Source: Minisyncoccota bacterium
GTDB taxonomy: Bacteria > Patescibacteriota > Minisyncoccia > Phycocordibacterales > JAACPR01
Reading direction: 5' to 3'
NCBI GenBank assembly: GCA_043728995.1
Contig: JAYTLZ010000016.1
Span: 1 to 36,873, forward strand
DNA length: 36,873 nucleotides
Shown here piece by piece: positions 1 through 10,072 of the stretch. The translations under genes and the position numbers were made by a program. The notes below the pieces were generated by a model, which ran no database searches, was not told where the DNA came from, and was given only the letters and a program-made list of their open reading frames with translations. The number at the start of each line of letters is the position of its first letter. Position 1 is the first letter of the stretch.

Positions 1-1087
1 TCGTGTGACACTTGTAACACACGACGAGGGTTGCGTTCGTTACCCCACTTAAGGGAACAATTCAAACCACGAACTGACGACGGCCATGCATCACCTGTCT
101 ATGCGTCCGAAGAGGGACTACGTTTCTGTAGCCTTTCGCATAGATTTCTAGCCTTGGTAAGGTTCTTCGTTTATCGACGAATTAAGCCACATGATCCACC
201 GCTTGTGCAAGTCCCCGTCTATTCCTTTGAGTTTTAACCTTGCGGTCGTACTACCCAGGCGCCTGACTTAACGCGTTAGCTCCGCCTCTTGAGGGGTCGA
301 TTCCTCAAAAAGCAAGTCAGGATCGTTTAGGGCACGGACTACTGGGGTATCTAATCCCATTCGCTACCCGTGCTTTCGTCCCTGAGCGTCAGGAATGTGC
401 CAGTATGTTGCCTTCGCATTTGGTGTTCCCCATGATATCAACGGATTTCACCCCTACACCATGAGTTCCACATACCTCTCACATCCTCAAGATCTACCGT
501 TTCCTATGCGTTTTCCCAGTTAAGCCGGGAGATTTCACATAAGACTAATAGTTCCGCCTGCGGACCCTTTACGCCCAATAATTCCGGATAATGCTTGGGG
601 CACTCGTATTACCGCTGCTGCTGGCACGAGTTTAGCAACCCCTTATTCCTAGAGTAACGTCAATAAACTTCCTCCTCTAGAAAAGATCTTTACATGCCGA
701 AACACTTCATCAATCACGCGACATCGCTCCATCAGGCTTGCGCCCATTGTGGAAGATTCTCGACTGCGGCCACCCGTAGGTGTATGGTCCGTGTCTCAGT
801 ACCATCGGTGGGGGTCAGCCTCTCAGCTCCCCTAGGCGTCATTGTCTTGGTGAGCCATTACCTCACCAACTAACTGATACCGTGCAGGCCTCTCCTCAAG
901 CGCATACGCTTTACCCCGTAGGGACTATCAAGTATTAGTCCGTCTTTCGACGGATTATTCCTGACTTGAGGGCAAGTTCCCACATGTTACTACCTCGTCT
1001 GCCACTCGGCTCTAGGCCTCGTTCGACTTGCATGCCTTATCCATGTCGCCAGCATTCATCCTGAGCTAGGATCAAACTCTGAAATTA
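1..1087 (-). rRNA. rrs: 16S rRNA gene, 5' ~1.09 kb only (3' part lies beyond the left window edge)
   Basis: Reverse complement of 1061-1080 is AGAGTTTGATCCTAGCTCAG (27F site). Reverse complement around 607-628 is GTGCCAGCAGCAGCGGTAATAC (515 region). The window starts at the ~1100 region (AACGAACGCAACCC). Confidence 0.95.
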
Positions 1088-1247
1088 AACTTTGATTTGC
1101 ATCAATGTTTTGGAAATAAACGGAACAAGAAAAAGAAAATTAACAATTTGTTTTTCTTGCACAAACTTATTTTGTTTGGAAGATCGTACCCTTACATGCA
1201 TTCTGCGGGTATTCCACCGCAGACCTCAACACGTAAGAGTGAATGCC

Positions 1248-1275
1248 ATTATAGTTTTTTCAGGGGATAAGTCAA
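1248..1275 (-). promoter_or_regulatory. Near-consensus sigma70-type promoter for the 16S gene
   Basis: The minus strand reads TTGACT (1275-1270), a 16-nt spacer, then TATAAT (1253-1248). It lies ~160 nt upstream of the 16S 5' end. Confidence 0.7.
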
Positions 1276-1406
1276 GCGTTATATGCCCTGTCAGACAGGG
1301 GCCATCCGAGCCTTATTTACCAAGGGTATATGAGGGGTCCAGGCAGATTGACTATGCCCGTATCCTGTTGTATTTTTAAGCCAGGTTCTTTACTCTGATT
1401 ACTGAC

Positions 1407-2033
1407 ATGACAATAACCCACCTCAGCATCAAGGAGCAGGTACGGCGCTTGCGCGAACTGTTCCCTACCATCGCCCGATTGGGGCCGAGAAAGGTCGTAG
1501 GCAAGCTGCTACGCGGCCGCCACGGTCTCTGCATCCCCCGCTGGGAATGCATTGCTCCTACGTACAGTGAGGCACTGCGAATCGTGCTCAACAAACTGCG
1601 CCAGCAGCTTGAGGCAAAGTTCGGCAAGCCTTATGATCTAAAACCTGAGAGTTCCCAACTGAATCTGGGTGACCAGACACAAAGGCTCTATCAGGAACTG
1701 CATGAAATGCAGCCTGGAGCAGACTTGCTCCTGGTACCTGCGGAATTCGACATATGCAACCCATCACCCCAAGCAGGAGACGCAAAAAAGATGTCCGAGC
1801 ACGGTGTCAAAATGGGTGCATATGCGGTCTGTGTCATGCTCCTGACCCATGTCGAGCTGCTCGACGAATACACTGATATCCAGGTCAACATCGAAGGAGA
1901 CGAGCATGCCTTAGACGACGAAGACCAGATTTGCAAATACATCTCCTTATTTGTGCGAAATGTGCACGATCCGGCCTGGTACAGTCCGAACATGGGATAT
2001 TGGGGATTCGCAACGGCATTGCCAGCTGCGTGA
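1407..2033 (+). CDS. hypothetical protein (208 aa), no family recognised
   Basis: Longest ORF in the region, divergent from the 16S promoter. A strong hairpin plus T-run at 2062-2096 follows it. No clear SD sequence. Confidence 0.55.
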   Translation: MTITHLSIKEQVRRLRELFPTIARLGPRKVVGKLLRGRHGLCIPRWECIAPTYSEALRIVLNKLRQQLEAKFGKPYDLKPESSQLNLGDQTQRLYQELHEMQPGADLLLVPAEFDICNPSPQAGDAKKMSEHGVKMGAYAVCVMLLTHVELLDEYTDIQVNIEGDEHALDDEDQICKYISLFVRNVHDPAWYSPNMGYWGFATALPAA

Positions 2034-2061
2034 CTCGTCACCCTCGTGTTCAGTATTCAAC

Positions 2062-2096
2062 AAATCCGCAGCCCTTTCGGGGCTGCGGATTTTTTA
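2062..2096. terminator. Bidirectional intrinsic terminator (convergent hypothetical gene and secF)
   Basis: AAATCCGCAGCC-ctttcgg-GGCTGCGGATTT followed by a T-run, with an A-rich 5' flank. Confidence 0.8.
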
Positions 2097-2111
2097 ATAT
2101 GAAACAAGAAG

Positions 2112-3011
2112 TTACACCTCTTTCTGCGGCCTGTTGAAGTAGGTCAGAAGCGGACTCGCCACAAAGAGCGACGAATAGGCACCTGAGATCATTCCGACAA
2201 GAAGCGCGAGCGCGAACTGCTGGATAGCCGGCGGGGTCATGACGTACACGACGATCAGCGAGATGATAACGGTCACGGACGTATTGATGGACCGGACGAA
2301 TGTCTGGGACAGACTCTGGCCCACAATTTGTTCAAAGTCCTCGGCCCGCTTCTCCTCAGGCGTATTGCTGAGGTTCTCACGGATACGGTCAAACACCACG
2401 ACGGTGTCGTTAATGGAATATCCGAGAATCACGAGTATCGCACTCAGAAAGAGCGAGTCGATCTCCACTCCACCGAAGTGTCCCAGTACGGCAAAGACTC
2501 CGACCGTGATCAGGATGTCATGCAGCAATGAAACCATGATAACAAGACCGTATTTCCAGGACGATACGGGGGCGGAGACATGCCTGAAGGCGTACGCGAT
2601 ATATAAAGTGATGGCAATGACGACAAGCGCAATCGAGAAGATCGCCTTGGACCGGAGCTCGCTTCCAAGGGTCGGTCCGATGGTCGTGAACTCCTCAACC
2701 TTGATCAGCTCCGGCTTGTTGCCAGACAGCGTGGAGAGCATGGCAACTCGTTCCTGCTCGGAAAGTGTCTCGGTTCGGAGGGTAAAACCCGATCCGTCAG
2801 CTTGCAGCGTATACTCACCGTCATATCCGGCAGTAAGACGTTCTCGCAGCACGCTCTCCTCTACCGCCTGATCCGTCGAGAATCGAAGGAACGATCCTCC
2901 GACATACTCGATCCCCAAGTTGAGGCGAAACAGCGCGATGGCGGCCACGGAGGCAAGCATCAGAATTGCCGCAATTGCTAGAAATATCTTTTTGTATTTG
3001 ATAATGAACAT
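2112..3011 (-). CDS. secF: protein-export membrane protein SecF
   Basis: SecD/SecF-type C-terminal TM bundle (LLHDILITVGVF, YSINDTVVVFDRIRE). Start trimmed to the ATG at 3011 (MFIIKYKK), 4 nt after the secD stop; the longer track ORF overlaps secD. Confidence 0.9.
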   Translation of the reverse strand: MFIIKYKKIFLAIAAILMLASVAAIALFRLNLGIEYVGGSFLRFSTDQAVEESVLRERLTAGYDGEYTLQADGSGFTLRTETLSEQERVAMLSTLSGNKPELIKVEEFTTIGPTLGSELRSKAIFSIALVVIAITLYIAYAFRHVSAPVSSWKYGLVIMVSLLHDILITVGVFAVLGHFGGVEIDSLFLSAILVILGYSINDTVVVFDRIRENLSNTPEEKRAEDFEQIVGQSLSQTFVRSINTSVTVIISLIVVYVMTPPAIQQFALALLVGMISGAYSSLFVASPLLTYFNRPQKEV

Positions 3012-3015
3012 GTGA

Positions 3016-4383
3016 TTATCGCTTAATGTTAGTAATTCCCTTTGAGTACAGGAATCGTCCTGCCTTTCCGAGCGTACCCTTGGACAGACCAAGGAGAAGT
3101 GTCTTGGAAACCGTTATGGCGCTCAGCATCGATACGATGATTCCGATCACAAGCACGAGGGCGAATCCCTTCACCAGCGCCACGTCAGTAGTCCAGTAGA
3201 GAATGGCTCCCGCGATGATTCCGGTGATGTTTCCATCCCAAATAGAGCTCCATGCGCGACCGAATCCGTCTCTGATCGCCTCAGCAAGTTCCTTGCCCTT
3301 GTCGAGCTCCTCCTTGATACGCTCAAAGATCAGCACGTTGGCGTCCACGGCCATTCCGATAGAAAGGATAAGTCCCGCGATACCGGCAGCAGTTATCACA
3401 ACAGGAATCAGCTTGAACACGGCAAGCATTGTAACCGAGTAGAACACGAGCGCGACGACAGACACGACTCCTGGCAATCGATAAAAGAGGATCATAAAGA
3501 GCGATACTGCCGCAAGAGAAATGAGCAGCGCCTGCGTTCCGAGCATAAGCGTCTCCTGGCCAAGGCTGGCCTCGACCGTCTGGGTACTCAGAAGCTCAAT
3601 CGGAAGAGGCAGTGCACCGAAGTTCAGGTTGTTTACCAAGTCCCTGGCCTCTACCGCGGTAAAGTCCCCGTTGATCTGGGCAATTCCGCCCGAGATCGCC
3701 TGCTGGATTACAGGATTTGAGATCAGCTGCCCATCAAGGAAGATAGCGAGCTCCTTTCCGATATTGTCGCTTGTTACCTGCTCAAAGATCTCGTTACCCT
3801 CATCGTTAAACTCGATAGAGACGAGCGGTTGCCGGGACGTAGGATCAAACACGAGATTCGCCCGCTTTAGGCTTCCTCCAGTCAGGACAGGTTCCTGATA
3901 TGCGGACAGCACGATCATCGCAGCTAGCTCAGGTGTCGAGCTCGCAGCCTCAAGCTGCGCTTGTAGCTGTGCAATATCGATATCCTCCCTGAGCAATCTG
4001 AATTCTAGAAGTGGTGTTTGACCAATGTCGGCAACGGCCTGCTCCAGGTCAGTTACGCCCGGTAGTTCCACAACCAGTCTGTACTTGTCCTTCTCGTCAG
4101 CGAAACTGCTCCCCGTCTCAGTCCGAACGACAGGCTCTGATACGCCGAACACGTTCACACGCTTCTCGATGGTCTGTCTCAGTACGCTCATAGACTTGTC
4201 AATGTCCTCCTTAGGAATTCCTGCAACGTCCGCACGATACACCAGCTGACTTCCCCCGTTCAGATCCAATCCGTACTTGAACTTGTGTCCTGACTCAGGC
4301 GACATCTCACTTGAATACACGAAGTATCCGATACCTGCTCCGATAAGGAGCACGGCAAGTGCCCATATTCTATATTTCATCAT
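3016..4383 (-). CDS. secD: protein-export membrane protein SecD
   Basis: N-terminal TM helix, periplasmic domain (LGLDLNGG, LEFRL) and C-terminal SecDF TM domain (GMAVDANVLIFERIKEE). Immediately upstream of secF. Confidence 0.9.
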   Translation of the reverse strand: MMKYRIWALAVLLIGAGIGYFVYSSEMSPESGHKFKYGLDLNGGSQLVYRADVAGIPKEDIDKSMSVLRQTIEKRVNVFGVSEPVVRTETGSSFADEKDKYRLVVELPGVTDLEQAVADIGQTPLLEFRLLREDIDIAQLQAQLEAASSTPELAAMIVLSAYQEPVLTGGSLKRANLVFDPTSRQPLVSIEFNDEGNEIFEQVTSDNIGKELAIFLDGQLISNPVIQQAISGGIAQINGDFTAVEARDLVNNLNFGALPLPIELLSTQTVEASLGQETLMLGTQALLISLAAVSLFMILFYRLPGVVSVVALVFYSVTMLAVFKLIPVVITAAGIAGLILSIGMAVDANVLIFERIKEELDKGKELAEAIRDGFGRAWSSIWDGNITGIIAGAILYWTTDVALVKGFALVLVIGIIVSMLSAITVSKTLLLGLSKGTLGKAGRFLYSKGITNIKR

Positions 4384-4418
4384 ATCGAAACATTATACTC
4401 TTTTTATTTAAAATGTAA

Positions 4419-5762
4419 TTACTTGCCTTTGCTCAGAACTAGTGTCTTAAGTGTCTTGAGTGCAATGATGGCATCCAGGATGATCGAACGGTTCTTTACG
4501 TAAAAGAGGTCGTACGAAAGCTTCTCGCTGGTTGCATCCACGTCGAGACCGTGATGCGGATGATTGTCGTGATAAATCTGCGCCCATCCGGAGAGTCCGG
4601 GCTTGATCAGGTGCCGGACGTTGTAATACGGAATCTGATCCATATAGGACTTCACCGCAAGGTCAAACTCGGGTCGCGGACCGATCAGCGAGATGTCGCC
4701 TTTGAGCACATTCCAGAGCTGTGGCAGCTCGTCGATTCGAGTCTTTCGCAGGAAGGCGCCCACGCGCGTGACCACATTCTTCTTCCCCTCCTCTTTCCAT
4801 CGTCCGCCGTCGTTGGCATACGTCATCGTCCTGAACTTCAGCATCTTGATGATTTTGTTGTTCTTGCCGACGCGTTCCTGTATGGAAAAGAGTCCCTTAC
4901 CGTCGTCGAGCTTGAGTGCGACATACACGAAGGGGTAAAAAACTAGTGATGCCAGCACAAGGAAAAACGAGACGATCATGTCCATAGCCCGCTTGAAGAA
5001 GTCATACAAGGCATGAGGCTTCGACTTCACATTCTCCAGGAACCAGCCATGCTTGACGAGCTGAAGAGGAACTTTATTGTAGACAGCCTCATATACGTCA
5101 GACATCTCGACGAACTGCACGCCCGAGAACATCAGGTCATAGAAAACAGGCAGAATGGGCAGGATCGCGTCATCCTTCGTATCGACAATGACAAAGTCTA
5201 TATCGTCTACGTAAATATTCTGGATCAGCTTGTCCACGTCGACGCCGTCACAGTCCAAATCAAGGAAATACTTTACCTCAAATCCTGACATGCCTCCCGC
5301 AAGATCCTGGCACAGCTGCCTCGCCTCCTCGCCACGACCCACCAGTGAGACTGACCGGTTCCTGCGGCCTGCAAGCAAGGCGCCAGCATACCTCCACAGG
5401 CACAGAAGCACCACCGATATCCCGAGATAGATGAAGAGGTTGGTCTTTGGGGCAATCTGCGTTACCGGAGAAAAGTAGAAAAAAAGCACCGCAATGATCG
5501 AGTTCACTCCCTGGATCTTGAGAACCGACACCAGAATGTCCTGCTTGCTGAAGGATATCCTCTTTTCATACTGGCCGGACACGAAGAATACGAATATCCA
5601 GATCGCAAAAAGGAGCGAGAACGGCACAAGGTGGGTTGCCCAGATCTCATCAGTCGGGAGCCCCAGATACCTGATGCACAACACCAGCCAAAGAGAGGCG
5701 TACAGAACGAGGACATCTCCCAAAACATGCAGAACGGATTCTTTTTTGGATAGCAGATTCAT
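4419..5762 (-). CDS. polyprenyl-phosphate sugar phosphotransferase (bacterial sugar transferase, WbaP/EpsB-like)
   Basis: Multi-TM N-terminus plus a C-terminal bacterial sugar transferase motif ([24 protein letters not shown]). The ATG at 5762 is preferred; an in-frame GTG at 5795 is possible. Confidence 0.85.
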   Translation of the reverse strand: MNLLSKKESVLHVLGDVLVLYASLWLVLCIRYLGLPTDEIWATHLVPFSLLFAIWIFVFFVSGQYEKRISFSKQDILVSVLKIQGVNSIIAVLFFYFSPVTQIAPKTNLFIYLGISVVLLCLWRYAGALLAGRRNRSVSLVGRGEEARQLCQDLAGGMSGFEVKYFLDLDCDGVDVDKLIQNIYVDDIDFVIVDTKDDAILPILPVFYDLMFSGVQFVEMSDVYEAVYNKVPLQLVKHGWFLENVKSKPHALYDFFKRAMDMIVSFFLVLASLVFYPFVYVALKLDDGKGLFSIQERVGKNNKIIKMLKFRTMTYANDGGRWKEEGKKNVVTRVGAFLRKTRIDELPQLWNVLKGDISLIGPRPEFDLAVKSYMDQIPYYNVRHLIKPGLSGWAQIYHDNHPHHGLDVDATSEKLSYDLFYVKNRSIILDAIIALKTLKTLVLSKGK

Positions 5763-5773
5763 ATTGCGTTTAG

Positions 5774-5799
5774 ATAGGTGTAGAGTATCATACACCTAT
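5774..5799. promoter_or_regulatory. 9-bp inverted repeat in the divergent glycosyltransferase intergenic region
   Basis: ATAGGTGTA (5774-5782) and TACACCTAT (5791-5799). The right arm overlaps the first 2 nt (5798-5799) of the ATG of the GT4 gene (5798). Confidence 0.35.
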
Positions 5800-6943
5800 G
5801 TCAAATCAAGAACATGTCTGCATCGCAATCACCAAGTCGAACATGGGGGGAGCGCAGAAATATGTCCTCACTCTCGCGACGGAACTCAAAAATCGTTGTC
5901 ACCGTGTTACGGTCATTGCAGGTGGAGACGGAGAGCTTTTCCAAAATCTCGATCACATAGGCATAGACTACATAAGACTGAGCAACAGCCAGCGTGATAT
6001 TTCTATTTTTAAAGAATTCAAGTTGCTTATCGAGCTCTATCGAATCCTCAAGGGTCTTCGTCCTGATATCCTGCACCTTAACAGTTCCAAGATCGGGGGG
6101 ATGGGCGGCGTCGCAGGCAGATGCGCAGGCACTGGGCGGATTATCTTTACAGCACACGGGTGGGCATTTAATGAGAATCGGCCGAAATGGCAAAAGATTG
6201 CCTCATACTTTTTCTACTGGCTCATAATTCAATTGTGCGACAGGACCATCTGTGTCTCAAAAAAGACGCGCGAGCAGATTCTTGCGCTTCCGTTCGTAAA
6301 AAACAAAACATCCATCGTCTACAATGGCATTCCCGTTCCTGATTTTTATACCCGAGAGGACGCGCGCACGAAGCTTGCTGCGCAATTCCCGTTTTTGGAT
6401 CTGAATAAAAAGTGGATTGCCGTTCTCGCGGAGTTACACCCGGTAAAGGGACATGACATTTTGATTGAGGCACTTTCCGACATGCACACCGAGACCACAG
6501 GATACCAGGTGCTATTTCTGGGATCTGGACAGGCAGAGCAGGACCTCAAAATGCTCGTCTCCCAAAAAAGCCTTACTACGCAAGTCTTTTTTGCGGGCTT
6601 TGTCGAGAACGCGTCGATGTATCTCAAGGCGTTTGAGTTGAGCATCCTCCCGTCCCGCTCCGAGGCTATGCCTCTTGCAGTGCTTGAGTCAGGCCTGGCA
6701 GGAACTCTCGTCATCGCAAGCGAGGTGGGCGGAATTCCTGAGATACTTACCAACGGTGAGACCGGGTATCTTTTTGCAAAGGAAGACTGTCATATGCTGG
6801 CGGACAGACTGAGGACTACCTTCGCACTTTCACCAGAAAAAAAGGCGACAATCAGCAATCGACTAGCAGAAAAGGTGCGTGGCACATTCTCCGTCGAAGA
6901 CATGACTACTCAGACTATCGCTGTGTACAAACATCGTCCATAA
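5798..6943 (+). CDS. GT4-family glycosyltransferase (glycosyl transferases group 1)
   Basis: GT-B architecture with a C-terminal PSRSEAMPLAVLESGLAG...VGGIPEIL motif typical of GT4 enzymes. Divergent from the sugar transferase. Confidence 0.85.
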   Translation: MSNQEHVCIAITKSNMGGAQKYVLTLATELKNRCHRVTVIAGGDGELFQNLDHIGIDYIRLSNSQRDISIFKEFKLLIELYRILKGLRPDILHLNSSKIGGMGGVAGRCAGTGRIIFTAHGWAFNENRPKWQKIASYFFYWLIIQLCDRTICVSKKTREQILALPFVKNKTSIVYNGIPVPDFYTREDARTKLAAQFPFLDLNKKWIAVLAELHPVKGHDILIEALSDMHTETTGYQVLFLGSGQAEQDLKMLVSQKSLTTQVFFAGFVENASMYLKAFELSILPSRSEAMPLAVLESGLAGTLVIASEVGGIPEILTNGETGYLFAKEDCHMLADRLRTTFALSPEKKATISNRLAEKVRGTFSVEDMTTQTIAVYKHRP

Positions 6944-6970
6944 TTAATCATCATACGGTATACTTTGATT

Positions 6971-7471
6971 ATGAAATCAAAAGGCTTTACGCTCATCGAG
7001 CTGCTCGTCGTGGTAGCAATTATCTCACTCCTCTCGTCCGTCGTGCTGGCAAGCGTCAGAGAGGCACGTGACAAGGCGAAGCTGACTGCATTTAGACAAG
7101 AAGTAAGTGAGTACATAAAGGCGCTTGAATTGTACCGAGTAAATAATAATGGTGAATTGCCAATAGGTGCTGTGTATATGCAAAGCAACTGGATACCACC
7201 AGATGAAACTGAGGTAACCAGTAGTGGTATAACACCCCTTGCAGCCCTTGAACCCTACATTAAAAAATTTCCTAAGCCACCATTTACAGGAGGATTCGGG
7301 TATTTTGGTGGAAATTGGGACGGCGTCACTGATTATACGTGCGGATCTTCAAATTATTTTATCCAAGTAGAAGGAGTTGAAAACATGAAGTATTTTGAAG
7401 ATTGGATAGACGAAGACACTTATTTTTATGAAGAGGATTATGGAACGCAAAAATGTTATCCCTTAAATTAA
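6971..7471 (+). CDS. type IV pilin / pseudopilin-like protein with prepilin N-terminal cleavage-methylation motif
   Basis: MKSKG|FTLIELLVVVAIISLL is a class III signal peptide with conserved E5. The track ORF starts at TTG 6965; ATG 6971 is preferred. Confidence 0.85.
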   Translation: MKSKGFTLIELLVVVAIISLLSSVVLASVREARDKAKLTAFRQEVSEYIKALELYRVNNNGELPIGAVYMQSNWIPPDETEVTSSGITPLAALEPYIKKFPKPPFTGGFGYFGGNWDGVTDYTCGSSNYFIQVEGVENMKYFEDWIDEDTYFYEEDYGTQKCYPLN

Positions 7472-7576
7472 GGGTGATCGGGGTTTAGAAAGTAATCGAG
7501 TCAGGCTCAATTCTCATACGCACTAATCATGTACAATAAAAGTAACGGACCGAATCATAACTTAGACAATAGATAC

Positions 7577-8713
7577 TTACACCCCCAAGAACTCGTTTTT
7601 CATGCTGTCCTTGTGAACTGAGCTTGAATAGCGCCTCATGGACATCAGGATACCGAGTGCCATGAACGTCACCAATAAGTGCGAACCTCCATAACTCATG
7701 AACGGAATCGTAATACCCGTTACTGGCATCACGCCGACATTCATACCAATATGCACCAAGAGGTGCGCGATGAACATAATCGTAATACCCACGCCGAACA
7801 GGATCTCAAAGTTTGTCGCGCCATTCATGGCAGTGGTCAGTATGCGCCACAAGACAATCGCGTATAGCGATATCAAGAGCAGAACCCCAACAAAGCCCCA
7901 CTCCTCCGCAAACGCCGCGAAGATAAAGTCCGTCTGATACTCAGGCAGGAACTTCAGACGTGACTGGGTTCCGTATCCCAGACCCTTCCCTAGTATCTGT
8001 CCGGAACCGACGGTTATCGTGGACTGGTAGGCGTTATATCCCGCACCGCGGATATCCTCCAAGGGATGGATGAACGTCACGATTCGCTGCTTCTGGTACT
8101 CATAAAAGACGAAGTTCCACAGGATTCCAACGACCAGCGCGACCAGAGTAAACACCAGAAGGAGATGCTTCTTTGAGATTCCGGACACGAGCACCATACC
8201 GAACCAGATCGAGAATATGATAAGCGCGGATCCGAAGTCGGGCTGCAAGGCAACGAGTACAAATATGATTCCCGCATAGGCACCGGATACCAGGATATGC
8301 CTAATGTTTTGGATTTCCATATGCCGGCGGGAGAAATATTTTGCCAAGAGAAGAATCAAAGCAAGCTTTGCAAACTCAGACGGCTGAACAGAGAACGCTC
8401 CGAGGTCAAACCACCCCTGCGCACCTTTCGTGGCAGTAGCCAGAAGAAAGAGCAACATGAGCACGATTACTATTCCGACATACGAGCCGAACACGATCCC
8501 TGTCTTGCGCAGGAATTTGAAGTCGATCGTGCTGAAGAAGAAGAAAACGACAAGCGATACGATTATCCAGACGACCTGCCTGTTAAAGAAGATGTTCGAG
8601 CTGGAGAACGAGTTCATGGTAAAAAGACCCGCAAGCATGATTGGCACGATTGCGGCAAGCAGTCCCCAGTCGATTGAGGGTATTTTGTTCAGGATTGTTC
8701 TAATTGAAATCAT
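7577..8713 (-). CDS. SEDS-family peptidoglycan glycosyltransferase (FtsW/RodA/SpoVE)
   Basis: About 10 TM helices with family motifs (QPSEFAKL, TDFIFAAFAEEWGF, GITIPFMSYGGS). Confidence 0.9.
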   Translation of the reverse strand: MISIRTILNKIPSIDWGLLAAIVPIMLAGLFTMNSFSSSNIFFNRQVVWIIVSLVVFFFFSTIDFKFLRKTGIVFGSYVGIVIVLMLLFLLATATKGAQGWFDLGAFSVQPSEFAKLALILLLAKYFSRRHMEIQNIRHILVSGAYAGIIFVLVALQPDFGSALIIFSIWFGMVLVSGISKKHLLLVFTLVALVVGILWNFVFYEYQKQRIVTFIHPLEDIRGAGYNAYQSTITVGSGQILGKGLGYGTQSRLKFLPEYQTDFIFAAFAEEWGFVGVLLLISLYAIVLWRILTTAMNGATNFEILFGVGITIMFIAHLLVHIGMNVGVMPVTGITIPFMSYGGSHLLVTFMALGILMSMRRYSSSVHKDSMKNEFLGV

Positions 8714-9458
8714 ATACGGGTATCACTTCCAGGCGAACGACGTCCTCAGGGAACGGCTGCGGCCAGGTAAATACGATATCCCTCACCTCTTCGGACGCCA
8801 GGCTTGGCACATACGTGCTGGACGTACCGAGCACGTTGTCGAACACGTCATATGCGATCACGATCACATCTATCTCGCGCAGGTTCTGCAGTGAGATGTT
8901 CTGGATCTTGGCATTCACCCTTGGTGCTGTCTGCTCGTCCACTATCTCCTCATCCTTGATCACGACGAGTGCGTCCTTGGGATCCTTCTTTTCAAAAACA
9001 AACTCGCTCAGGAACTCGAACGATACGCGTGTCGGAACTTGCTTGAAGGTCTCAATGCCCGTCTCAATGATCGGACGAACGGACTTTGGACCAATGGTCA
9101 CAACACCGGTCTTCTCGCCGATAAGGACGTTCTCCGCGTTGTACAGCTTGAACGAGTACCTTGTGTTTACCACCTCCGCGGTCGGATTAGGATTCTCGAC
9201 ATACGCAAGCATGTTATACAATCCCTCGTCTACCAGGAAGTATCGCTCCCAGAGCACGACGGGATCATATGCCTGTGTCGTACAGACTAATTGGCACGAC
9301 CCACCGCAGTCCACGCCCGACTCGTTCCCGTTCTGCTTGGCGTCAAAGCAGGTAGGCGGATTATAGAAAAGAAGGAAGGCAATGAAGGCGATCGGTATGA
9401 AAATAATAAAAAAGGTAGTTAAAAGTACCGCGTTTCTTCGATTGGTTCCCCATGACAT
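8700..9458 (-). CDS. membrane-anchored hypothetical protein (N-terminal TM helix, Cys-rich segment, beta-rich ectodomain)
   Basis: 252-aa ORF that overlaps the SEDS gene start by 14 nt, suggesting an operon. Composition looks coding, unlike the S/T-rich antisense ORF. Confidence 0.7.
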   Translation of the reverse strand: MSWGTNRRNAVLLTTFFIIFIPIAFIAFLLFYNPPTCFDAKQNGNESGVDCGGSCQLVCTTQAYDPVVLWERYFLVDEGLYNMLAYVENPNPTAEVVNTRYSFKLYNAENVLIGEKTGVVTIGPKSVRPIIETGIETFKQVPTRVSFEFLSEFVFEKKDPKDALVVIKDEEIVDEQTAPRVNAKIQNISLQNLREIDVIVIAYDVFDNVLGTSSTYVPSLASEEVRDIVFTWPQPFPEDVVRLEVIPVYDFN

Positions 9459-9494
9459 AGTTGTATGATATCAAAATACTGCGATAATGGGTAT

Positions 9495-9980
9495 ATGAAA
9501 TTTCAAAAGGGATTTACGCTCATCGAGCTCCTTGTCGTCGTGGCGATTATTAGTTTGTTGTCGAGTGTGGTGTTGGCGTCACTCAGGGATGCGAGGGACA
9601 GGGCGAAGCTGACCGCTTTTCAACAAGACGTAGAGCAATTTATACTGGCAGCTGAATTATACAAGACTGATCACGGAGGAGAGCTTCCTGCCGTTGTATA
9701 TTTTGGAAGTTCTGTTGACAACCCTGATCCGGGTGCAGATTTTACAAACAATTTCGGGCAGTATATTTCGAAGTTCCCCGTACCACCGTTTCCTTTGCCT
9801 AATGATGAATCACTGTATTACGTTGGAGAAACTTTACCCGCCTTGTGTGGCGGTGTTGAGACATACCATTATCTCGTTTTGAATTATAATTATAGCGTTA
9901 GTACAGCCTATGATCCTTTAGAAGAGTGGGGTTGGACTTTTTCTAACAATGGACTCGGTCTGCCGTGCATACCACTTTAA
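9495..9980 (+). CDS. type IV pilin / pseudopilin-like protein, paralog of 6971..7471
   Basis: MKFQKG|FTLIELLVVVAIISLLSSVVLASLRDARDRAKLTAF. The first ~45 aa are almost identical to the other pilin. The ATG at 9495 gives a typical short leader; ATG 9465 is an alternative. Confidence 0.85.
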   Translation: MKFQKGFTLIELLVVVAIISLLSSVVLASLRDARDRAKLTAFQQDVEQFILAAELYKTDHGGELPAVVYFGSSVDNPDPGADFTNNFGQYISKFPVPPFPLPNDESLYYVGETLPALCGGVETYHYLVLNYNYSVSTAYDPLEEWGWTFSNNGLGLPCIPL

Positions 9981-10020
9981 GTAAAAGGTAATAGAATCGG
10001 ATACAGTTTCTTGTACAAAA

Positions 10021-10052
10021 GCAAAGGCCGCACATCACTGTGCGGCCTTTGC
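10021..10052. terminator. Bidirectional hairpin terminating the pilin gene (+) and the 23S-5S unit (-)
   Basis: GCAAAGGCCGCACA-tcac-TGTGCGGCCTTTGC, a 14-bp perfect stem. Confidence 0.7.
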
Positions 10053-10072
10053 TGTAACAAAAAATCCAACCC

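Noticed and set aside
8704-9366. 220-aa ORF on the + strand
   Set aside because: It is antisense to the 252-aa membrane-anchored protein. The translation is S/T-rich and low in complexity, whereas the minus-strand product has a TM helix and balanced composition and is coupled to the SEDS gene.
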